Made by a program: the position numbers and the translations under genes | The notes under the pieces: model-generated | Database searches by the model: none | The model's input: only the letters and a program-made list of their open reading frames with translations | Told to the model about the DNA's origin: nothing | Part shown: positions 43,396 to 50,953 of the stretch, one piece after another | Numbering within the stretch: position 1 is the stretch's first letter | Layout: every line of letters starts with the position of its first letter | NCBI GenBank assembly: GCA_947039785.1 | Contig: CAMQZX010000001.1 | Location: 1-58,193, forward strand | Direction of reading: 5' to 3' | Length of the DNA: 58,193 nt | Source: an uncultured Lachnospiraceae bacterium | Lineage (GTDB): Bacteria; Bacillota; Clostridia; Lachnospirales; Lachnospiraceae

Positions 43396-44310
43396 TTAGA
43401 CCAGGGTTTTTTTCACCAATGAAGACTGGTGCACCGTCAGGGTTTTACTCTTGAGACTATAATACAAAACCGACTCTGACAACGGATGGCTTACAAATCC
43501 CTTTAAGGATTTTTTTCTTTCGAGACGCATCTGAAGGTCAGCAGGTGTATACTGGTCGGCGGCATATATAGCGGTTTCCTCTGCTGTTACTGGAAGCAGG
43601 TACAGATCCGTGTTGACCATTTCTGCAAATTCATCCAGAATATTCCTATAAAGCATGCCTGCCGCGCCTCCCGGACCTGTCAGCCGCCAGGCACTTGCGC
43701 GTTCATTTGTAATCTTTCCTCTCCCAAGCGTAAAGCCTGCCTCCAAGCCTTCCCGTATAACGGCTGCAACCGGTTCAATCTGCACACTATACTGGGAGAA
43801 AGCATTGTCTGACACGCACGCATGCAGTTGATCTACATGCATTCCCCACCGCTGTAAGTCCTCTTCATCTACGGGCATGGTGTATACAAGTTTTTCACTT
43901 TCCTCTTTCACACGGAACCGATAAAAGATACACATATCTCCCAGTCTGGTATACGGCAGCTCCAATTCTTCCAGCCTCATCTGGTATTTGTTTGCATTCA
44001 CTGCATGGAACTCTACAAACAATGGATTCTTGACCGTATCCATCTTCAATCGGATACCTCCGGTTTCCGCCGTCTGAAATTCCTGCAGTGTCTCCGAAGC
44101 CAATATCCTGACTGGCAGCATTTCATACTGGCTTCTCAAAAACAGTTCCTCTATGCTGACCATAGGGCAGTACCTATCCTTGAAAGTCATTGTGATTGAT
44201 TCACCTGGTAGTCCTTCCATAACCAAGTTCAACGCTCCTAACGTTTTGCTTTTCTCCATCAGGTCAATGAACTGATAGAGAAACTCTTCTTTGAAATTAA
44301 AATAATCCAT
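43396..44310 (-). CDS. Paralogue P1 (subfamily A)
   Basis: ORF track (SD AAGGAG). Motifs: RYCPMVSIEELF, LELPYTRLGDMCIFYRF, VDEEDLQRWGMHVDQL, LTGPGGAAGMLYRN, LYLLPVT. Tail SLVKKTLV. Confidence 0.65.
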   Translation of the reverse strand: MDYFNFKEEFLYQFIDLMEKSKTLGALNLVMEGLPGESITMTFKDRYCPMVSIEELFLRSQYEMLPVRILASETLQEFQTAETGGIRLKMDTVKNPLFVEFHAVNANKYQMRLEELELPYTRLGDMCIFYRFRVKEESEKLVYTMPVDEEDLQRWGMHVDQLHACVSDNAFSQYSVQIEPVAAVIREGLEAGFTLGRGKITNERASAWRLTGPGGAAGMLYRNILDEFAEMVNTDLYLLPVTAEETAIYAADQYTPADLQMRLERKKSLKGFVSHPLSESVLYYSLKSKTLTVHQSSLVKKTLV

Positions 44311-44333
44311 ACTATCTCCTTGCTTTTATGAAA

Positions 44334-45338
44334 TTATCCGATTGCCTGTTTCCGGTCCAGATTGCTATTCCTGTTCAAATATTGAATCACTGCCTTTTTT
44401 CTTTCTGCAACAAGAAATTCATTCCAATCTTTCCCATATGGCGGGAACCGGACTTTAACGTGATATCCCATCTCTATATATTTCTTGCGTATAAGTGCCG
44501 CTGCTTTCCGGCCTGCCTTATCATTATCAAGATACAGGCTTATTCGTTTAATCTGTGGATTTTCTAGCAGGAACCGGTCCAATGCCCCGTCCCAGGTTGA
44601 CCCTAATGCCAACTTGTTTGACTGCCCATCACGCTTATAATCCATATAAGACATCAGGTCAATGGCTGCCTCAAATACCTTGACTTCTTTATTTTTCTTG
44701 TTTCTTACATTGAAACCATAGGTTTTATCGTTGTTCTCCACGTCCCCTTTAAACGGGTTTCCATAATTATCCACCGTTCCCCTCATACTGGCAAACCGTG
44801 CTGTACCAAAGGAATCCCTGCCAATAAAAACCACGTTATGATATCTGCGTGTTTCATAAATCAGCTTTTTTTTAACGAACCAGTCAACTACTTCTTTGCT
44901 CAGGCAGCGCGTTTTTAACAGATAGGCATATAACCTCCGATAATTGTCGTTTGGTTCGGGAAGCACAAACTCCCCTTTCCCTTCTTGTTCTTTATTTTGC
45001 TCTTCCTTTCTTCTCTCGTGGTTTTTCCTGCTTGTATCATCTTTAAATGATTTATCCTCATACCGATAACCGGCCTCGTTCAACAAATAGATAACCGCCT
45101 CACGAAAATCCATATAGCAAAATTGTCTCAGAAACTCAATGTTATCCCCGTTGTGACCGTCCTGGCCCTCGGGTACGGAAAAACGCAGCCAGCTCCTACG
45201 ATTTTTAATCCTTATAGAATCATGTTCTTTCAATGTATAGTAACTGCCTACCCGCTTCACCGTGAAGCCCTGCCTTTCAGCAATAGACACCAGGTCCACG
45301 CTTCTGGCTATCTCTAATTCTTCATCTGTAAACTTCAT
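44334..45338 (-). CDS. DUF3991 + Toprim domain protein (conjugative primase-like)
   Basis: ORF track. N-terminal region VDLVSIAERQGFTVKRVGSYYTLKEHDSIRI...GDNIEFL. C-terminal Toprim features EVKVFEAAIDLMSY and LYLDNDKAGRKAA (E...DxD). Confidence 0.75.
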   Translation of the reverse strand: MKFTDEELEIARSVDLVSIAERQGFTVKRVGSYYTLKEHDSIRIKNRRSWLRFSVPEGQDGHNGDNIEFLRQFCYMDFREAVIYLLNEAGYRYEDKSFKDDTSRKNHERRKEEQNKEQEGKGEFVLPEPNDNYRRLYAYLLKTRCLSKEVVDWFVKKKLIYETRRYHNVVFIGRDSFGTARFASMRGTVDNYGNPFKGDVENNDKTYGFNVRNKKNKEVKVFEAAIDLMSYMDYKRDGQSNKLALGSTWDGALDRFLLENPQIKRISLYLDNDKAGRKAAALIRKKYIEMGYHVKVRFPPYGKDWNEFLVAERKKAVIQYLNRNSNLDRKQAIG

Positions 45339-45361
45339 AGCACCACCTCCTGAATCAGAGT

Positions 45362-46417
45362 TTAAAATTTCATGTCAAAATAACTGCTGATTTCCGGAAA
45401 GTCTCTTTCATACTCCTCCAGATACGTTCTGCAGGCGCTCCCTTCTTTTGACAAGTGGCAAAATTCACGGAAGCTCATCTGCTTATACATCTGGGGCTGG
45501 TTACACCACCTGGACAGGTTTACATACATTCCCCGGTAAGGTGATTCCTGATATTTCTCATACCGCATGATATATGGATACGCACGCACCCCCATTAGAA
45601 TCCGGATACGCTCAAATGCCTGTAAGATATCCTGTTTCCAGAAAGTCCAGTCATATCTTCCATCTGCATCAAACCCAGTTAATACATAGAACTTGATCCT
45701 TTTTGATTCCTGGAATATTGGGTTTATGATCTTCATCTTTTCTATGACTGTTTCTTTATCCTTGATATTGTCAAAGGCAAATAATAAGTCGCCATCCAAT
45801 CTACAAGATGCCAGTTCCCTGGATTTTTGCCTGGTAATCAGCCTGATATCCAGTCCTTGCCGGAACTGGACCGGACGGCCGGTTTCCCGTAGTTGTCCCA
45901 ATAATGCACTCCACTCCCCACATGCCAGAAAATTATCATCCAGCAGACAGATCTTCTTTTTCTGTGGATTGTAAAATTCGTACACTGGGCTTGCAGGAAC
46001 GGATACCGTTTTATTTTTGTTCACACAAAAAGGGCATTGCCTAAAGCAGCCCCTTGTTAAAAACCCAATAGAATAATCCCGATAATACTTATACTTCTTA
46101 CTCTTTTTTCCTTCTTCTCCCTTACCTTTAAGCCAATCCGCATACAGACTGTAATCCGGCATGGCATGCTCTATTTCGTAGGGCAGCTCGGGAGCCTGGT
46201 CTAAATAAAACCCAGTACCTCCATATTCTACATTCTCCATCTTTAAGACTTCCGGCGGATACCTCGTAGCCGTAAAGACCTTTGACAGATATACCTTATC
46301 AAACTCATTGAAGCCTGAATACTCCGTCAGCAAATGTATCTGATCCCCCATCTGCTTATGGAATCCGCTGATCTTCATGCATGCCAGATTCGGCATGCGG
46401 TGCCTGTTCTTATCCAA
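45362..46417 (-). CDS. Radical SAM-like protein with a short N-terminal Rossmann/B12-binding-like module
   Basis: ORF track. The CX3CX2C cluster motif is TRGCFRQCPFCV. The N-terminus MPNLACMKISGFHKQMGDQIHLL resembles the N-terminal module of B12-binding-type radical SAM enzymes. Confidence 0.7.
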   Translation of the reverse strand: MDKNRHRMPNLACMKISGFHKQMGDQIHLLTEYSGFNEFDKVYLSKVFTATRYPPEVLKMENVEYGGTGFYLDQAPELPYEIEHAMPDYSLYADWLKGKGEEGKKSKKYKYYRDYSIGFLTRGCFRQCPFCVNKNKTVSVPASPVYEFYNPQKKKICLLDDNFLACGEWSALLGQLRETGRPVQFRQGLDIRLITRQKSRELASCRLDGDLLFAFDNIKDKETVIEKMKIINPIFQESKRIKFYVLTGFDADGRYDWTFWKQDILQAFERIRILMGVRAYPYIMRYEKYQESPYRGMYVNLSRWCNQPQMYKQMSFREFCHLSKEGSACRTYLEEYERDFPEISSYFDMKF

Positions 46418-46428
46418 TAAATCAGCAT

Positions 46429-46905
46429 CTATAATTCCGATTCTCGACTCTCATCACCTTCTTTACACAAATTTTTCATCCATCTTTGCTTTTTACATTG
46501 CGGTGCTGTTGTATGTCTGCGCCTGGCAGGTGTATCCCAGGAGCCGCCCCCTGCAATCTCTTTCTCACATTCCCACCCTGCCGCTTTTAAGGAAGCACCG
46601 GATTCAGAGATAAGGATATAAGTGATAATCCGCTCATATCCCATCTCTTTTGCAATCCGGGCTACCCGCCCGTATAGGAAGCTACAGGCATTGGCTGTAC
46701 CGTCTGTGCAGCAACGCGTTACTTCCAGCGTTTTTCCATCGTCTAAATGCCTGGATACTGGCCTGCCGCACTGTATCACGCCACATATTCTGCCATGCTC
46801 AGTACATGCGACACGGAATTTGTCCCGGTATACAGGGCTATGATGCCTATGATTCTGCGCGACATATTCATTTGCCGCCTTTAACTCAATCGGTACTGCT
46901 TTCAT
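46429..46905 (-). CDS. GNAT-fold-like small protein of a phage/ICE family (HHRHH ... GRPV.R.LDDG ... TDG..NACS signature)
   Basis: ORF track. NHRHHSPVYRDKF..GVIQCGRPVSRHLDDGKTLEVTRCCTDGTANACSFLYGRVARIAKEMGYERIITY...GASLKAAGW matches a conserved mobile-element family I recall, possibly named the XF1762 family. Function unknown. Confidence 0.55.
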   Translation of the reverse strand: MKAVPIELKAANEYVAQNHRHHSPVYRDKFRVACTEHGRICGVIQCGRPVSRHLDDGKTLEVTRCCTDGTANACSFLYGRVARIAKEMGYERIITYILISESGASLKAAGWECEKEIAGGGSWDTPARRRHTTAPQCKKQRWMKNLCKEGDESRESEL

Positions 46906-46967
46906 TCACTTTTTTATATAAATTAGTTCCGGTTGGAACGTAAACCTCCTGTTGTTGATTTATTGTT

Positions 46968-47828
46968 TTAGTCTGGTCCCATGTCCATAAAATCCGCGAG
47001 GCACAACTGTCCCTCTACATTTTTATCCTCCATCCACCACCGGAACACGTCCTCTCCGTTCTTCCACTTAGTAGGTTTCCCCGCCGCATGGATTGCCACT
47101 AACATTTTATCAAACGCCCGGATATAAGCTGCCTTATACTTTGGGAAGTCAGCAAACTCTTTGTAGCGGTTTTTTCCAGCCATCGGGCACCCTACACAGC
47201 CAACTCTTTTATAACCCATATCATAAAGCGGATTATAAGGCATATGGTTGGAACGGATATAATCCCAGATGTCTTTATGTGTCCAGTCAATGATTGGGTT
47301 GGACACTACCCTGCCACGGATTGCACACCGCTCAATAACCAGCCGCTTATCATCGTTGTCGTTCATCAGAGTAATCCTATTCTCGACTTTTGGGGCAGCC
47401 GCTTCTAACTGTCCCCTTTTGGACCGTTTGGTGCTTTCGTCCCAGCGCACACCTGTTGATACCAGTCTGTCCGGTGTTGTGTTCTCTTTTAGGATTTCAC
47501 AACAGTAACGCTGCATCCTGGTGGGCGGCATCTTCTTTTTGACAATCAACTGCCACATGCTCAGTGGCGGCATATGGATAATACATGGGATTCCCTTTTC
47601 TTTTAAACCTCGAAATTTCTCCCTGATATAGTACACCGTATCGGGAGCATCGACTGTTGTATGAGAATTGTGGGCCTCAAATTCAACTCCTGACCGGATA
47701 AACAAATCCAGAAGTACGTCAGAATCCTTGCCCCCACTGTAAGTACAGATTATGGGGGCATCATAGTACCTCTTTGACATTTCACTTGCTAATTTAATCC
47801 GTTCAATGCTCTTCGTCTCTAAATCCAA
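46968..47828 (-). CDS. PAPS reductase-like PP-loop ATPase family protein
   Basis: ORF track (TTG start, no clear SD). PP-loop motif CTYSGGKDSDVLLDL. C-terminal Cys pair VGCVGCP. Confidence 0.75.
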   Translation of the reverse strand: MDLETKSIERIKLASEMSKRYYDAPIICTYSGGKDSDVLLDLFIRSGVEFEAHNSHTTVDAPDTVYYIREKFRGLKEKGIPCIIHMPPLSMWQLIVKKKMPPTRMQRYCCEILKENTTPDRLVSTGVRWDESTKRSKRGQLEAAAPKVENRITLMNDNDDKRLVIERCAIRGRVVSNPIIDWTHKDIWDYIRSNHMPYNPLYDMGYKRVGCVGCPMAGKNRYKEFADFPKYKAAYIRAFDKMLVAIHAAGKPTKWKNGEDVFRWWMEDKNVEGQLCLADFMDMGPD

Positions 47829-47989
47829 TAAGCGTCGAAGAGACTATCGTTTTACGTGGCCACAACTTCTTATCCCTCCTTTTTGCATTTCTATTTAGAT
47901 TTTTACCAGAGGAATCTATGAAACCTCTCTACTTGAAGGGATTCTGTTTCCTTAATCTGTCCTATATTATGGACATATCCAGGCCCTGG

Positions 47990-48319
47990 TCATCTGCGAC
48001 AGCTGGGACTGTTTCTAACAGTTACTTTTTCTTTCCATGGCTTTATTTCCTGGACCTTATGGATTCTTTCACATATATCAGCGATTCTTTGATACTCTGC
48101 GTCCGTCTTATCCAGTATTGCAAGCAATTCCTTAAAATACTCGGACGCTTCTTTACAGCCCTTTGGTTCGGACAGCCATTGATATGTCTCATGTATCCGG
48201 TCCTGCGGTGTTTTTTTTACTTCATCTTCGTCCGTAAGCCCAAATGGTCCAAGGTCCATCACAAGGCTGCTTACATCCTCTGCCAATCGCAGGATATCTT
48301 CCATTGCTTCTTTCTCCAT
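47990..48319 (-). CDS. Hypothetical protein (109 aa from the preferred start)
   Basis: The ORF track lists 47990..48337; ATG 48319 has AAAGGA 8 nt upstream. Confidence 0.45.
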   Translation of the reverse strand: MEKEAMEDILRLAEDVSSLVMDLGPFGLTDEDEVKKTPQDRIHETYQWLSEPKGCKEASEYFKELLAILDKTDAEYQRIADICERIHKVQEIKPWKEKVTVRNSPSCRR

Positions 48320-48339
48320 GTGTTTATCCTTTCTCACGA

Positions 48340-48993
48340 TTACAGATTGGATTTCTTTGTTTTACCGCGCTGTGCTACTATCTTTCTAATCTCCTGGCGC
48401 ATTTTCTTTGTGTTATTACTGGGTAAAGCAAATATTGCCGCCTCCTCCACTGTCAGATTATCGTACAGAAACGCCCTTTTTATGGTCCGCATCTGGTAAC
48501 AATCAAATTCTTCTTTCGCATAAAATGCCACCTGTTCATAGGCAAGCCCATAGCGAAAACCCGACAGGATTTCTTCAATCTGCTCTTCATCAAACCGGTT
48601 ATCTGTTGCCAGTTCCATTTCCTGTATGCTTCTGCCAGTATAAAACCCATAAAACACTAAATCCATTTGTCTGTAATCGTGTTTTCCATCTGCCACAATC
48701 TGAATTTTCTGGATTTCCAGTTTCCGTTCCAGTGCCCCAGCTATTGACCTGATTTCCTCCGGGCCGTCTGAATCATGTACAAGACCGATAAGGTTGTCAA
48801 AATTTACACCCATCAAATACGCTTTGCGCAAAGCATTTATTTTATTTCTATATCCTCCAACCTCCATAATCTTCTTTACCGTTTCATAGGGTATCTGATC
48901 AGAATTTAACGCTTCCTCCGCTAGATACAGGTTGTCTTTTGACAAGAAGATTTCATTTTTCAGGGTATCCAAAGTTTTGTTTTTATCGTACAT
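48340..48993 (-). CDS. Hypothetical protein carrying the ~40-aa helical motif shared with the coupling-protein tail
   Basis: ORF track. Motif copy: EEQIEEILSGFRYGLAYEQVAFYAKEEFDCYQMRTIKRAF. First gene after the terminator at 49017-49049. Confidence 0.55.
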   Translation of the reverse strand: MYDKNKTLDTLKNEIFLSKDNLYLAEEALNSDQIPYETVKKIMEVGGYRNKINALRKAYLMGVNFDNLIGLVHDSDGPEEIRSIAGALERKLEIQKIQIVADGKHDYRQMDLVFYGFYTGRSIQEMELATDNRFDEEQIEEILSGFRYGLAYEQVAFYAKEEFDCYQMRTIKRAFLYDNLTVEEAAIFALPSNNTKKMRQEIRKIVAQRGKTKKSNL

Positions 48994-49016
48994 GCCACTT
49001 CATTCCTTCCTAATAA

Positions 49017-49049
49017 CAAAAAGAGGAAGATCTCTGCGTCTCCCTCTTT
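49017..49049 (-). terminator. Rho-independent terminator ending the Tad / secreted-protein operon
   Basis: Sense-strand AAAGAGGGAGA-cgcagaga-TCTTCCTCTTT (11 bp, one G-U) followed by TTG; the 3' arm ends in a T run. Confidence 0.6.
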
Positions 49050-49080
49050 GGTAACTGTTTATTTATTTTTACTTTATTTT

Positions 49081-50820
49081 TTAATCTAGTCTCTGTGGTG
49101 CGATATGCCAGTCCGTCCACAAATTACCGCTGATTGTCAGATTATCGGTCAGGTTTAGTGATAACATTCCTGCTGGTGTCCAGGCATCTATTAACCATGT
49201 ATAGGGTGTATATTTGCCATCTGGCATCCATATCGGAGTGAAATGTGTCCTCCGCTTAAATGTACTGTATTGATTTTTTTTGAACTCAAATTCGGAATGA
49301 TACCCACCCGACATCCGCTCCAATAAACGCCAGTATTTCTTGTATTGAAACTCCGGAAAATACGTCACGGCATTTTGGGCTCCAGTCACGGCACTGGACT
49401 GATTCGTGCTCACAGAACTGTTCACATATTCGTTAAATCCGTATCCGCTTTTTAATGTTTTGCCATGGGCCGTAGGGGATTTATCATCTGGCTGGACGCG
49501 CATTGTTGCGTTCAAACTTGCATGATATCTATCAATATTGAACTTCCACCAGCCATGATCACACCAGTATCCATCATCATCATCGTCACCACTATGCCAT
49601 ACCCAGTAAGAATACCAGTATGGTCGCCAAATACTCCAATCAGCGGACGTTTGCTGACTCTTTGATGGAACTGCCGGCCTCGCATAACTGTCATTACGGT
49701 CATCTGCAACTGGATTCGGCGGTGGATTCTTGTCCAGGTTTACTATCTTAACCCGTATAGTCCCTTTGTCTGTACGGCCACCACCTCTTACTGTTACTGG
49801 AATTTCCATAGTCTGCTCTGTAGATGGTGTTGTCCACCGAACCCAGGCAAGCTGACTTCCTCCCTCGGGATAATATACGCTGTCCACCTTATAATTTCTC
49901 CCTTGTATTTTAAATGTCACAGATACCTTATGGTCCGGATCACTTTGACCGCCACTCACGCGGATACTGGTGATAACCTCCGTGTTAGTGCGGTATTCAT
50001 AATCAAAAGTCGTAACCTCCGGTGATGGTTCTGGCAACTCCCCATTAAAACGTATGATTCCAAGTCCCAACGAAGTTTTGATTTCCTGATGTGAACGCAA
50101 TCCGGTAGTTGGACCGTTCCACGCAGGATATCCTAAATCAGATTTTTCGAGAAACATTGCAAGGGGCAGATTTTGAAAGGTAACTGAACGTAACCAGGAA
50201 TATACCACCCCGCCTGCAACCTCATCATATAAAGCCGCTTCCGTTGCTGTCATAGCAACTCTTACTCCCTGCAATGTCACATACGCAATCGGCTCTATCA
50301 TAATTCTGTACTCGCCGCTGATAAGTATATCAAAATCTATTCCCATATAACCTGCTATCCCACGTATCGTCTGCTCGTCCGTAAAGTACCGCTTTATTTC
50401 CGCAATACTTGATGGTCCCAGACTTTGTGAACTTATAATTATAGGAAGTCTCTGTGCTGGTCTTATGTACTGGTATCTTGAACCGGATATACCAATTCCA
50501 TGACCTGATGTATAAGACATCTTGCTCACCTTTCCAAAATGAAGCCTAATATCAGATGGGCTTTTATTGGTAAGGTCAATAGGCGTGCCTACTACTTTAT
50601 GGTCACTTGTACTTATCACCGATACACGTACCCCTTCATCACCTGGGGACCAAAAATTTTGCGAAGAACCTTGTCCCATGCTGCCGCCTCCGCCGTCCAC
50701 ATTACCTTCCCCTGCCGCATACGCTGGAACCGACATGATCAAAAAACACAGGCTGAACAGTACAATCCTTGTCAGCCAACTTATTCTGCTTTTCAAATTC
50801 CCAAATGTTCTCCTTTCCAA
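49081..50820 (-). CDS. Large secreted protein of unknown function (possible pilus-associated or adhesin protein)
   Basis: ORF track. Signal peptide KSRISWLTRIVLFSLCFLIMSVPAYA-AGEG, a Gly-rich stretch, and a W/Y/D-rich segment. The true start may be the in-frame TTG 24 nt downstream. Confidence 0.65.
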   Translation of the reverse strand: MERRTFGNLKSRISWLTRIVLFSLCFLIMSVPAYAAGEGNVDGGGGSMGQGSSQNFWSPGDEGVRVSVISTSDHKVVGTPIDLTNKSPSDIRLHFGKVSKMSYTSGHGIGISGSRYQYIRPAQRLPIIISSQSLGPSSIAEIKRYFTDEQTIRGIAGYMGIDFDILISGEYRIMIEPIAYVTLQGVRVAMTATEAALYDEVAGGVVYSWLRSVTFQNLPLAMFLEKSDLGYPAWNGPTTGLRSHQEIKTSLGLGIIRFNGELPEPSPEVTTFDYEYRTNTEVITSIRVSGGQSDPDHKVSVTFKIQGRNYKVDSVYYPEGGSQLAWVRWTTPSTEQTMEIPVTVRGGGRTDKGTIRVKIVNLDKNPPPNPVADDRNDSYARPAVPSKSQQTSADWSIWRPYWYSYWVWHSGDDDDDGYWCDHGWWKFNIDRYHASLNATMRVQPDDKSPTAHGKTLKSGYGFNEYVNSSVSTNQSSAVTGAQNAVTYFPEFQYKKYWRLLERMSGGYHSEFEFKKNQYSTFKRRTHFTPIWMPDGKYTPYTWLIDAWTPAGMLSLNLTDNLTISGNLWTDWHIAPQRLD

Positions 50821-50822
50821 TG

Positions 50823-50850
50823 AAAAAGCACAGCCATAAATAGCTGTGCC
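50823..50850 (-). terminator. Terminator/attenuator hairpin immediately upstream of the secreted-protein gene
   Basis: Sense-strand GCACAGC-tatttatg-GCTGTGC followed by TTTTT, ending 2 nt before the listed start. Confidence 0.55.
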
Positions 50851-50953
50851 GAACGATAAAATTTATATCTTTGATTTCTCTCTATGCTTAGCAGGAGGGC
50901 GCTACAATTCATAGCCTTTCTGTCATGCATCTATTTAACCAACCTATTGATAA

